A stretch of 64,000 bases of DNA from a virus, in IMG/VR virus record IMGVR_UViG_3300029310_000398, positions 1 through 64,000 of that record. One strand, written 5' to 3'. Every line of letters starts with the position of its first letter. Positions within the stretch are counted from its first letter, which is position 1. Both the position numbers and the translations under genes were made by a program. This document shows positions 1 through 8,319 of the stretch, one piece after another. The notes under the pieces are model-generated. The model did no database searches. It was given only the letters and a program-made list of their open reading frames with translations, and was not told the DNA's origin.

Positions 1-18
1 TACGGGCGCTTTTCTTTT
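1..18 (+). terminator. 3' half of an intrinsic terminator, cut by the window edge
   Basis: GGGCGCTTTTCTTTTG matches the 3' arm plus T-run of the cassette-end terminator at 3611-3642. This implies at least one more cassette lies upstream of the window. Confidence 0.5.
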
Positions 19-29
19 GCCTGAAATCA

Positions 30-230
30 TTGACAAAATATCAAACTGTGGTAGTATAGAATTATAATTACGAAGCTATTTTTATAAAGGAGATTTATCT
101 CCGTTTTCAAGTCACCATACGTAAATTCAGACAGTTATCCCAATCTTGGGTGGCTGTCTTTTTTTATATATTTTTATACATTTTATATGCCCATAAGTCC
201 TTTTAATAGGCAGGGAGAAAGGAGAAAAAC
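30..230 (+). promoter_or_regulatory. Promoter-leader-terminator module, copy 1 (heads cassette 1)
   Basis: -35 TTGACA 30-35, 16-nt spacer, extended -10 TGgTAGTAT 49-57. A second perfect TATAAT lies at 63-68. Small hairpin GGAGA/TCTCC 89-102. Leader hairpin AGACAG..CTGTCT 129-159 with T-run to 165. Conserved CCC..GGGAGAAAGGAGAAA block runs up to ATG 231. Confidence 0.8.
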
Positions 231-1262
231 ATGGATGTGAAATCTCTCAACGGCTCATCCGGAAGATGGAGCGATATTAGTCTGGCCGTACCATTTGATA
301 CCGGCATGGATAGAAAGATTCGTGACAAGCTGATGGATGCCGTGGCGGAAGAACTGAAAGGCAACGCCAACTGCGGCTACGACCCTTTCGGGGCAGAACG
401 CTTCGGCATCAAGCGCCATAACTGTGGCTACATTCAGAAAAATGGCAGCTACATCGTCGGTATTGGTATCCGCATTGTGATGGATACGAATTACGATTCA
501 GACGTGTCCCGCGAGATTATTCGTCAGGATATGCTTCCTGCTGTGCAGCGTGTGGCAGCACAGTTCGGCGTAAGGGCAACCGTTGTGGAACGGAATTCGC
601 AACTCTTCGATGCGGAGTTGGAGGACAAAACAATCAGGCGAAATGTTCTCATCAATCTGTTTGAGTGCAGATTTTACCGCACAGTATTCCATGACGAAGC
701 GCAAGTTCCGACCGAAAAAATCGAGTGGGATGCCTACTGCGCTCACTGTGCGACTTTGCCACGGGACGTTCCGCCAAAACGTTTGCTGAATCCGAACGAT
801 TTCGGCATCACCTTCAAGAAGGGACGATATGAGTACGAACTTGTTGGTGTCTACAAGTACCGTCCGTGGAAGTACGTTGTTGGAAAGCGAATCGGCGAAG
901 TCTCTACTGGCAAGGAAATCCTCATTCCCCGTGAGGAGATGGAGCAGATTTGCTACGAGCTGCAATGCACAGACAAGGATGCTCTGGCCTTGGAAAATGC
1001 CAAGGACGAAGAAGCCGCATTCTACCGCAACAAAGAGTATATCCAGCATCGACTTGAACGCTTTGGCATCGACATTTCCTACCGTGAGATGTACTCGTAT
1101 GACGGACATGACTTTATCATCATCGGCATCCAGCCGAAAGCCCATACCTACCCCTTCGTGGTGCGTTGTGTGGATGAGGACGGTCCGATGTCCGGTAAGG
1201 TGAGCAAGCAGCGGTTATGGAACGTTTTGGACGTGATTGCTGCGGAACGCAAAAATCAATAG
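231..1262 (+). CDS. hypothetical protein (343 aa), first gene of cassette 1
   Basis: ATG follows the conserved GGGAGAAAGGAGAAAAAC RBS block. Uninterrupted 343-codon ORF. No motif I recognise. Confidence 0.8.
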   Translation: MDVKSLNGSSGRWSDISLAVPFDTGMDRKIRDKLMDAVAEELKGNANCGYDPFGAERFGIKRHNCGYIQKNGSYIVGIGIRIVMDTNYDSDVSREIIRQDMLPAVQRVAAQFGVRATVVERNSQLFDAELEDKTIRRNVLINLFECRFYRTVFHDEAQVPTEKIEWDAYCAHCATLPRDVPPKRLLNPNDFGITFKKGRYEYELVGVYKYRPWKYVVGKRIGEVSTGKEILIPREEMEQICYELQCTDKDALALENAKDEEAAFYRNKEYIQHRLERFGIDISYREMYSYDGHDFIIIGIQPKAHTYPFVVRCVDEDGPMSGKVSKQRLWNVLDVIAAERKNQ

Positions 1263-1276
1263 AAAGGAGAATACCC

Positions 1277-1510
1277 ATGCAGACATTCTTAGGCGCTGTC
1301 AGAGGTGTTGGTGTGATGCTGTTTGTGGCGTTCCTGCTGGTCGGCTCGTTGTGGCTCGGCCTTCATCACGTCACTTTCATCGGCGAAAAGTTCAAGGGAC
1401 GTACCGGCAGCTTGCTGGCCTACCTTGCACTCATCATCATCTTTGGCGGCGGGCTGGCATTGGCGGTCATTATCTCCATCCAGTGTCCTATCAGCCCGCT
1501 TCATCAGTAG
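1277..1510 (+). CDS. small membrane protein (77 aa, two hydrophobic helices)
   Basis: ATG 1277 is preceded by AAAGGAGAATACCC; the ORF-track start at 1217 lacks an SD. The sequence MQTFLGAVRGVGVMLFVAFLLVGSLWL...LALIIIFGGGLALAVIISI is strongly hydrophobic. Confidence 0.6.
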   Translation: MQTFLGAVRGVGVMLFVAFLLVGSLWLGLHHVTFIGEKFKGRTGSLLAYLALIIIFGGGLALAVIISIQCPISPLHQ

Positions 1511-1563
1511 GAATACATTTTGTTTCCCGTAAGACCTTTAAGGCTGGGAGAAAGGAGAAAATA

Positions 1564-3585
1564 ATGAGCAGAATTCATCTGTCCTTTTTAGCCCCCGGAA
1601 AGAATTCCGGATACAAAGATACCGTAACGGACATCTACTACAAGGGTATGAATGTGGGGTACATCATTGAGGACAAAAATAACCTCCGCGATGACGCCAA
1701 GAACTATATGGCATATCGGTTCGCCCATTGCGGCACTGATTATTGGGCTCGCGGCGAGTACATCTATGGCAGCCAATCTTCTACCATCGCAGGGGCAAAG
1801 GAGAAGTTCAGAGCTTGGTTCGAACGCGACGGCGTGGGCACTTACGAGAAGTCCGCGCCCAAGGTCAGGCAGCGGCACGCCACCGCACCTGAAACTCTCA
1901 CCTCTTACGTCTGCGGTAAGGCACTCCGCATGGTGGACTGGTCTGCCGTGCGCGATGGCGACATTCTGAACCCCATTTGCGGGGACATGAGTGAGCTGCA
2001 GCTTCACGAGTGCTTCCGTCGCTTTGCTGGCTGGTACAGAAACAAAAACAAGGTCTGGCAGCACGAAAGCGCATATTACGGTGAAAAGTATTTGGATACC
2101 GTGGTAGAAGATGTTTGTGTGGCGGAAACGCTGAAGGAAGAAGGCATTCGTGTCGTCTACGACGACTTTGCAAAGTTCAACACACTGAAACCCTATCCCC
2201 TCATCATGTTCGCCCACACATCGGCGGTCTCCCCTGCTTTCGCTGCACGGTGGATTGGCAAATCTTTGACCATGCTGCGAAAATGTGGCGGTCAGCTTCT
2301 CGCCATCCTTCCCTACTCCACACTGGCTGCAGACACTTCGCTGTCTTATATGCTGGAAACGAAGAGAATCAATGCCTCTATGTTCTATGTGGAGAAGGAG
2401 TTCAAGCGTGACAGAACGAGACGGACGGCTCCTGAGTGGGTAATTATCCATGTCAACGTCAAGCCGGCGAACGCATATAGCCGGAACGAAGCGGATGTAT
2501 TGAGCGAGAATCTTACGACTTTGCGTGACTACGAGGTTCAGAAGCCGTTCCTTCCCGATTGGCGGAAGAAGTTTCCGCAGGACATCATTGAGGAGTTTGA
2601 GCTCAAGGCTCGCATTTGCAATTCCTTCATTGGCTCCTACGAAGAGGTTAAGCCCTTTATAATGAGCGGCTCCGAGTGTTACGACCAGCCCTATGTCAAA
2701 CTGGCCGTGGACGACCATCCTTGGAGGGATTCCGGCGTTGAACTTCGAATGGCGTGCTTGGAGAAGATTCGAGCACACTTTTGGAACGTTTTCATGAGCA
2801 GAGTTGCGAACACCGACTGTATGCCTGATGGACTGAAGTCCGATTATGAGCGGCTTTTTACGGAGCTGAAGGACTATGACCTCAACGACTACACGGTGAA
2901 GCGGGTACTGGAGGACATCCACAGGAAGCTGCGTAGGGGTTGCACCACTTCCCTGCTGAACCTGTTCGATAGGCTGGGGAGCATGGGAAGTAGGCAATGG
3001 TATGATGTGTACGATTACGATGCGGACACGCTATCAAGTGAGAACACCCAGAAATATTGCTCTTTCGACAAGAAACAGACCGCTGGGTTCCGTTTGGTGT
3101 TCCCGAACCTCTCCATGTATTCCTACGTCTTCGACTGTTACAGAAATGCTTTCAATCAAGGTAAAGCCGCATATGTGGTGCATGATATGGAAAGCGCTCT
3201 GCATCTTCTCAACGGTGGCAAGAATATACCTAACGCTATCGACCCGATGACTGCTGTCAACGATAATGTCACAAACGGGAAAAGCGTCGGTAAAAGTATC
3301 GCATTCACGTTCTTTACCGGTTCTTTCTATAAGAAAGGCATTCTGAAGTTGAAGTTCAAGGACTCCGCCAAACTGCTCATCGACCGGCTGAACATTTTCG
3401 TCGGTATGAAGCGCGGCTGGCTGCCTGCTGACTACGGCACCAAGCCGTATGATGCTTTGAGTAACGCTGAAAAGAAAGTCATTGACAGCTTCCAAAGCCG
3501 TGAAGAGTATGATGCAGTCGTTGCAAATCCTGATGAGTACATCATCAAGGATTTCGACATTGAGAAGCTGTTTGAAGTGCGTTAA
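1564..3585 (+). CDS. large hypothetical protein (673 aa); possible degenerate SAM-methyltransferase-like core with a DUF4942-like C-terminus
   Basis: ATG 1564 follows GGGAGAAAGGAGAAAATA; the ORF-track start at 1237 is an in-frame upstream extension. ILNPICGDMSEL resembles MTase motif I. The position where NPPF/Y is expected reads YPLIMFAHTSA. Family recall only. Confidence 0.75.
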   Translation: MSRIHLSFLAPGKNSGYKDTVTDIYYKGMNVGYIIEDKNNLRDDAKNYMAYRFAHCGTDYWARGEYIYGSQSSTIAGAKEKFRAWFERDGVGTYEKSAPKVRQRHATAPETLTSYVCGKALRMVDWSAVRDGDILNPICGDMSELQLHECFRRFAGWYRNKNKVWQHESAYYGEKYLDTVVEDVCVAETLKEEGIRVVYDDFAKFNTLKPYPLIMFAHTSAVSPAFAARWIGKSLTMLRKCGGQLLAILPYSTLAADTSLSYMLETKRINASMFYVEKEFKRDRTRRTAPEWVIIHVNVKPANAYSRNEADVLSENLTTLRDYEVQKPFLPDWRKKFPQDIIEEFELKARICNSFIGSYEEVKPFIMSGSECYDQPYVKLAVDDHPWRDSGVELRMACLEKIRAHFWNVFMSRVANTDCMPDGLKSDYERLFTELKDYDLNDYTVKRVLEDIHRKLRRGCTTSLLNLFDRLGSMGSRQWYDVYDYDADTLSSENTQKYCSFDKKQTAGFRLVFPNLSMYSYVFDCYRNAFNQGKAAYVVHDMESALHLLNGGKNIPNAIDPMTAVNDNVTNGKSVGKSIAFTFFTGSFYKKGILKLKFKDSAKLLIDRLNIFVGMKRGWLPADYGTKPYDALSNAEKKVIDSFQSREEYDAVVANPDEYIIKDFDIEKLFEVR

Positions 3586-3610
3586 TTGTGAAAGGAGAAT
3601 CATCTACTGC

Positions 3611-3642
3611 GAAAAGCGTCCCTGACGGGGCGCTTTTCTTTT
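3611..3642 (+). terminator. intrinsic terminator closing cassette 1
   Basis: GAAAAGCGTCCC-TGAC-GGGGCGCTTTTC stem-loop with one mismatch, followed by TTTTCTTTT. Confidence 0.8.
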
Positions 3643-3654
3643 CGACTAAAACGA

Positions 3655-3855
3655 TTGACAAAATATCAAACTGTGGTAGTATAGAATTATAATCACGAAG
3701 CTATTTTTATAAAGGAGATTATCTCCGTTTTCCAAGTCACCATACGTAAATTCAGACAGTTATCCCAATCTTGGGGTAGCTGTCTTTTTTATATATTTTC
3801 ATACATTTTGAGTTCCCGTAAGTCCTTATCACAGGCAGGGAGAAAGGAGAAAACA
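3655..3855 (+). promoter_or_regulatory. Promoter-leader-terminator module, copy 2 (heads cassette 2)
   Basis: -35 at 3655-3660, TGgTAGTAT 3674-3682, TATAAT 3688-3693. Hairpin GGAGA-TTA-TCTCC 3714-3726. Leader terminator 3754-3785 with T-run to 3790. Conserved RBS block before ATG 3856. CGACTAAAA (3643-3651) abuts the -35. Confidence 0.8.
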
Positions 3856-4440
3856 ATGAGTATCACCAACACACGTCTCGCATACCTCTATCGTGACGCG
3901 GACAACTACAAGGTCCGGCATGAGGTCGTTTTCGCCGGCCAGATGTCGGAGGAAGAAAAGATGCGTATTATCGCCAGTCTCGATGACGGCGAATACTTCA
4001 TCCCCGGCCCTCTCGGTCTGAACGACGAGCGTTTCGGCAGTGAGACGGAGGCCGACCATCCCTTCTTTGAGTTTTGCTACTTTGAGGAGACCACGCATAA
4101 GCCGACGACCGACATCGCCATCGCCGAAATCGTCAAGCGGTTCGAGGACAATGCCCATCTCTGGAAGGATTACGAGACTTCCTTGGAAGACGTTGAACTC
4201 AACGAGGTAAACGACATCAAGATACCCGCACCTGACCCTGAGGAAGACCTCTCCCTTCGCGCCAAGTCCCTCCTGTTCGAAACGCTGGAGCTGTTCCGGA
4301 AGGAAATCAGCCCCAAGTTCTCTGACTGGAAGGATGCCGACGACTGGCTGTTCAGCAGCCTGAGTATCACCAAGGACGAGCTGCAGGCTATCTACGCCGA
4401 CCACGATGTGATGGTCTACGGCGAGTCTGCGGCGGATTGA
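3856..4440 (+). CDS. acidic hypothetical protein (194 aa)
   Basis: ATG 3856 follows GGAGAAAACA; the track start at 3808 reads through the leader. Very D/E-rich sequence, e.g. EDVELNEVNDIKIPAPDPEEDLS. Confidence 0.8.
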   Translation: MSITNTRLAYLYRDADNYKVRHEVVFAGQMSEEEKMRIIASLDDGEYFIPGPLGLNDERFGSETEADHPFFEFCYFEETTHKPTTDIAIAEIVKRFEDNAHLWKDYETSLEDVELNEVNDIKIPAPDPEEDLSLRAKSLLFETLELFRKEISPKFSDWKDADDWLFSSLSITKDELQAIYADHDVMVYGESAAD

Positions 4441-4449
4441 GAGGCTGCT

Positions 4450-4698
4450 ATGGGCATGGGACGAGTGCTAACATGGAAGTTTGTTATCCGCGATAGCGAT
4501 GGCTATACGCTTTGTGCTGCCCCCAAAGTATCCGGCTATGCCTACTATTGGTCAAAGCTGAACCATGATGGGGTGCATCCCCTCGTGTTCAACGATAGGG
4601 CACAGGCGCAAAGCTACCTCGATGCCATGCGTCACAACGAGCCGCGCAACCTCAGATGGAGCCAATGTCGGGTCGAAGGACCGTTCATTGATTTATAA
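4450..4698 (+). CDS. hypothetical protein (82 aa)
   Basis: GAGAGG SD lies 5 nt before the ATG. Tightly packed after the preceding gene. Confidence 0.65.
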   Translation: MGMGRVLTWKFVIRDSDGYTLCAAPKVSGYAYYWSKLNHDGVHPLVFNDRAQAQSYLDAMRHNEPRNLRWSQCRVEGPFIDL

Positions 4699-4725
4699 GG
4701 GTAAAAATTGAAAGGAGAAAAAGAT

Positions 4726-5388
4726 ATGTTCAAAATCATCAGCATCAACGAAACTCAGTTTTTCTGCAACGGCTGCGGGGAGGTATTCGTGTGGGAGTTT
4801 AACACCCCCGACAAGAAACCCCCTAAGGACTGGGATGGGCGGTACGACACCGCTTCCCTGTGCAGCATCAACGTTCCCGATTATCGTGGCGTGCCCGGAC
4901 TGTACCCCTCCGGCTTCGACACCAAGCTCGCCGAATACGATAAGGCAAAGTACGAAGCCTTCCTGAAAGGCGAATATCAGCCTCCTGTGGAAGACATGGA
5001 CTGGTACACGAAGGTGCCGCCCCTGCTGCGCTGGGGTTATTTCACCTGCTGGACCGACAGCCTGAACTTCCCCACCTACATCGCCACTGTGAACGGCCAG
5101 CCGTGTTTGCTGATTATCGCAGAGGCCGGTGAGGAGATGTCCAAAAAGGACGGAAAACGGAACGTCAGCATCCGCAAGGCGCTGATGGAGTCTGGCCGCA
5201 AGCTGGCTGAGAAGCTGAATGCGGATGAGAAGCTGAAGGAGCTGCACGCAGATGTGCTGTTCCCCAAGGACACGGATACACCGTTCTGCCAGTGGGAGCT
5301 GTACGTCGCCATCCCCGTGACAGAGAATGTCGCCTTTGAGGACATCAAGGCCGTAGCGGACGTGATGGACGAGTGCATCGACTACTGA
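4726..5388 (+). CDS. hypothetical protein (220 aa) with an N-terminal CxxC
   Basis: GAAAGGAGAAAAAGAT precedes ATG 4726. The track start at 4708 is a TTG inside the SD region. Confidence 0.75.
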   Translation: MFKIISINETQFFCNGCGEVFVWEFNTPDKKPPKDWDGRYDTASLCSINVPDYRGVPGLYPSGFDTKLAEYDKAKYEAFLKGEYQPPVEDMDWYTKVPPLLRWGYFTCWTDSLNFPTYIATVNGQPCLLIIAEAGEEMSKKDGKRNVSIRKALMESGRKLAEKLNADEKLKELHADVLFPKDTDTPFCQWELYVAIPVTENVAFEDIKAVADVMDECIDY

Positions 5389-5449
5389 TGCCCAAATGAG
5401 GGCGGGGAAGTCCCCGCCCTCTCTTGCGAAGAAGAAAGGAGAATACATT

Positions 5450-6133
5450 ATGACCTTTAAGTCTGACAGACCTGTCGGGCGGTACTGCATTGTGCCGAAT
5501 AGTTTGGTCGTGGACTACGACAAGACCATCATCTTCCGTGACCGGCGAGGTAATCCCGTGTTCACCCTGCCCAATGGCGGGAAACTGCTGATTACCGATG
5601 GGCCTCGTGCTGAACCCAAAGTCTACACCTGCCGGTTCATCGACGAGTCGCACTTCAAGCTGGCCGCAAAGGGCGAGGGTTCTTGGCCGTATCATCACGA
5701 CCAGTTCATTGAGCGTATGGAGTCCATGCGCGGCTGTACCTATCGTCCTGAAAAGTTCGACACACGGCTGGGTGTCTATCAGCGCATCTATTCTGACAGA
5801 ACCCGACTGACAGAGGAAGGAAAGCCTGTCACGTTTCGTGTCATGTTGGCACAGGAGTTTGACGACTTCGAGCGCCGCTGTTATGTGTCCTACTGCCGCA
5901 GCGAGAGCGTTGTGGCTGTGTCCACCTCTATCGTGTATCCCAAGAAAGAACGCTATAAGGAGTTCATTCCTGCAAAGGAATTTCTGGAGATGCTGCACGG
6001 TGAGCGTGCGATGTCCGAAACGCTCAACAGGATGCCGCCGTTTACTGACCTCAATATTGAGTTCATGACGGCGTTCATCACCGACAACGACGAGGTTGGT
6101 CATGTGGAACCCGCCGACGAGAAAGGAGACTGA
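5450..6133 (+). CDS. hypothetical protein (227 aa)
   Basis: GAAAGGAGAATACATT precedes ATG 5450. The track start at 5396 has no SD. Confidence 0.75.
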   Translation: MTFKSDRPVGRYCIVPNSLVVDYDKTIIFRDRRGNPVFTLPNGGKLLITDGPRAEPKVYTCRFIDESHFKLAAKGEGSWPYHHDQFIERMESMRGCTYRPEKFDTRLGVYQRIYSDRTRLTEEGKPVTFRVMLAQEFDDFERRCYVSYCRSESVVAVSTSIVYPKKERYKEFIPAKEFLEMLHGERAMSETLNRMPPFTDLNIEFMTAFITDNDEVGHVEPADEKGD

Positions 6134-6135
6134 AA

Positions 6136-7047
6136 ATGGAACGACTCACCATCCGCCTTCCTGATGGACAGGCTTGTGTTGACTGCAACCGCTGTAAGTC
6201 TGAGCGCACGGGAGAGTCTACCGATGTAAAGGAGATGTGCTCTACACTCTATTGCCGCAACCGGCTGAAAGACCGGCTGGCGGCTTTCGAGGACACTTTC
6301 CTTGACCCTGAAGAGCTGCTGACGCTCAGGCAGGAGAACGAGACCCTCCGCCGCATTCTGGGCGAGAGGTTCGGACCCGCCCCAGACGCCTCTGTACCTG
6401 AACTGGTCGGAGCCATCAGCGATAAGATGCGAGAGACAGGCGAAACCATCTACGCGCTTCGGCACGAGTTGGATGTTCTCAAGTCCACTTATCGCCCGAA
6501 CTGCGTCAACTGTGAGCACATCCACAGGGATAACTTCAACTGCACAGCCGTAGGTGGGTTCTGTACCGCTGTTCCTGCTGCCCATTGCCCGAAGCTGAAG
6601 GAGCTGATGGCTGAAAAGGCGGCGTCTCAGGAGAAACAGGCGAACGTGCCCCAAAGAGACCACAGCGAGTTTCTGGAACGTTGGGCCACAGAGCTGAACA
6701 ACAGAAACGAACGGAACGTTGTTCCTGCAGCTCTGAAGGCCGTCAAAGGCCTTGTAGTAGTCTATGCTGCGTCGGATGACCTCGTGGAAATCGAGGGCGC
6801 TATGACGCAGGAAATCGGCGCCTTTAACGGTGTTAAGCTGACTGCGAGTAAGACTCAAGGTTTCTTTGAGACAGCCGCTGGCGAGCCGGACATCGAGTTT
6901 CGTTGGTGCGATGACAACTCCGGCGACTCTGTCTGCCCGTGGTCTGTCATCTGCAACCTTCCCCATCGGAAGTTCGATATTCTCGATGATGAAGGGTATG
7001 TTTCCAGCGTTGGCATCGTACTGCATATCGACGACATTCCGGAGTAA
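6136..7047 (+). CDS. hypothetical protein (303 aa), Cys-rich N-terminus
   Basis: GAAAGGAGACTGAAA precedes the ATG. The MERLTIRLPDG..C..C..C opening followed by a short coiled segment is common in Firmicutes mobile-element proteins (recall only). Confidence 0.75.
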   Translation: MERLTIRLPDGQACVDCNRCKSERTGESTDVKEMCSTLYCRNRLKDRLAAFEDTFLDPEELLTLRQENETLRRILGERFGPAPDASVPELVGAISDKMRETGETIYALRHELDVLKSTYRPNCVNCEHIHRDNFNCTAVGGFCTAVPAAHCPKLKELMAEKAASQEKQANVPQRDHSEFLERWATELNNRNERNVVPAALKAVKGLVVVYAASDDLVEIEGAMTQEIGAFNGVKLTASKTQGFFETAAGEPDIEFRWCDDNSGDSVCPWSVICNLPHRKFDILDDEGYVSSVGIVLHIDDIPE

Positions 7048-7080
7048 GTGAGTTTCCAAAAAGTGAAAGGAGTATATTTT

Positions 7081-8319
7081 ATGAACAAGAACGACAAGGG
7101 CTATGTTATCTGCGTCACACCTACCGGCAGCGACCTGCCATTTGTGCCCAACGTGGAGCACATTCGGAGAAGTGATTCGAGTGACCTCCCAAACCGTGCG
7201 GCGGCGCGTAAGGCAGAAAAGGATGGTATCAAAATCATCCATGATATGCCCAACGTACCGGACTGGACGTACATTGACACGCCGCAGAACCGTGAGAAAA
7301 TCACCGCGTGGCTGAAGGAGCATCCTGAGATGTGCTTCAAGAAGAATGAGCCTGCCGTGTCTACGCGGTATAAGGCTACCCTTCTTGTCCCTTCCAAGGA
7401 TGCCGAAATGTGTCAGGAACTGCTGGATATGCCTTGTGGCGAGGAGCATATTCCCGCTGTGGAGTCCGGTATTGGCAAGTATGCCGGTGTTCGTTGCTTC
7501 GGCCTGACGTTCCCTGATGGCTATACCGCAACCGTCACTGTTTGCTCTGATGACAAGGGATTCTATGTCAATCCCGTCCTCTGGAATGAGGAAATGTCTG
7601 ATGTCATGTGTCTGGCTTCTGAAAGCGAGCTGGAGGGCATCTACACCTTTGATTACTGCGACAATGTGTATGTCATGGAAGTCGTCAAAGATACGTCCAC
7701 ACCGGCGCTCCACGCAACTACTATCAGAATTCCTGCTGTGGTCGCAACGAAGTATATCAGCTATATGCAGGGCGAGAATGTTCCCAACAATATCATCTAT
7801 GCAACAAATGTCGTTATCGCTGAATATACCAACAAGTTTGACAACGGCTTCACCGCCGTCCTTCAGATTATCCGAAGGGAAGCTAAAGTTGTTGCGAATC
7901 TCGCACTGTATGATGCGAACGGCATCAACGTCTGGAACATGGATGATGACCGTTTGTTGCTGTGTACCAGCAGGTTCAACTACGGCAACGGCACCTACGA
8001 GGTCACAATCACAGACGAGCCGGCACCCAGCGACGAGAAGCAGGGATACTGGACGGAAATCCGTCACGATTTTCACGAGGAGTCTCCCATCGGCTACGGC
8101 GATGTTATTACCGCTGTTTCCATTGATGGCTGGCGTACTCCCGACGATGACGCTGAAGGCGAGGTCATTGCCCGTGTTTTCCTGACCAAGAAAGGTGATA
8201 TGGTTATTGATTATATCAATGCCATTGCCCGTATTGATGTGCTGGCACAGGAGGCTATCGACGAAACCGTGAAGGAACTGCGCGAGCAGTTCGTCAGCGA
8301 GGAAGGCTCAGATGAGTAG
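7081..8319 (+). CDS. hypothetical protein (412 aa)
   Basis: GAAAGGAGTATATTTT precedes ATG 7081. Its 3' end overlaps the next gene by 8 nt. Confidence 0.75.
   Translation: MNKNDKGYVICVTPTGSDLPFVPNVEHIRRSDSSDLPNRAAARKAEKDGIKIIHDMPNVPDWTYIDTPQNREKITAWLKEHPEMCFKKNEPAVSTRYKATLLVPSKDAEMCQELLDMPCGEEHIPAVESGIGKYAGVRCFGLTFPDGYTATVTVCSDDKGFYVNPVLWNEEMSDVMCLASESELEGIYTFDYCDNVYVMEVVKDTSTPALHATTIRIPAVVATKYISYMQGENVPNNIIYATNVVIAEYTNKFDNGFTAVLQIIRREAKVVANLALYDANGINVWNMDDDRLLLCTSRFNYGNGTYEVTITDEPAPSDEKQGYWTEIRHDFHEESPIGYGDVITAVSIDGWRTPDDDAEGEVIARVFLTKKGDMVIDYINAIARIDVLAQEAIDETVKELREQFVSEEGSDE

Noticed and set aside
30-120. Single-strand (Frpo-like) promoter hairpin
   Set aside because: I find no inverted repeat that would pair the -35 and -10 regions with a complementary arm. 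The sequence is a normal duplex sigma-A-type promoter.
3808-3855. N-terminal extensions in the ORF track that read through the leader (starts at 1237, 3808, 8820 and 26100; also 5396, 7048, 11358, 12149, 15644, 16352, 17268, 27889, 31079, 40358, 40560 and 43312)
   Set aside because: The extensions begin at TTG or GTG codons without an SD and translate the conserved RBS block (..SRKSL.QAGRKEK..). An ATG or GTG at optimal spacing from GGAGAAA lies downstream in every case.
3685-3855. Possible leader peptide: the gene's frame is open through the whole leader of module 2 from 3685
   Set aside because: There is no ATG/GTG/TTG between 3685 and 3808. Indels between module copies do not preserve a common frame. 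The openness is best explained by chance in an A/T-rich, stop-poor stretch.
6100-8076. 658-aa - strand ORF, plus similar long antisense ORFs at 498-1145, 1588-2997, 8847-10115, 14092-14922, 24635-25894, 26937-28109, 29930-30787, 41459-42802, 37946-38911 (+), 45081-45833 (+) and 47022-47870 (+)
   Set aside because: Each overlaps one or several co-oriented genes that carry consensus GAAAGGAGAAA-type RBSs or recognisable motifs. None has an SD, and several span intergenic gaps and gene boundaries of the opposite strand.
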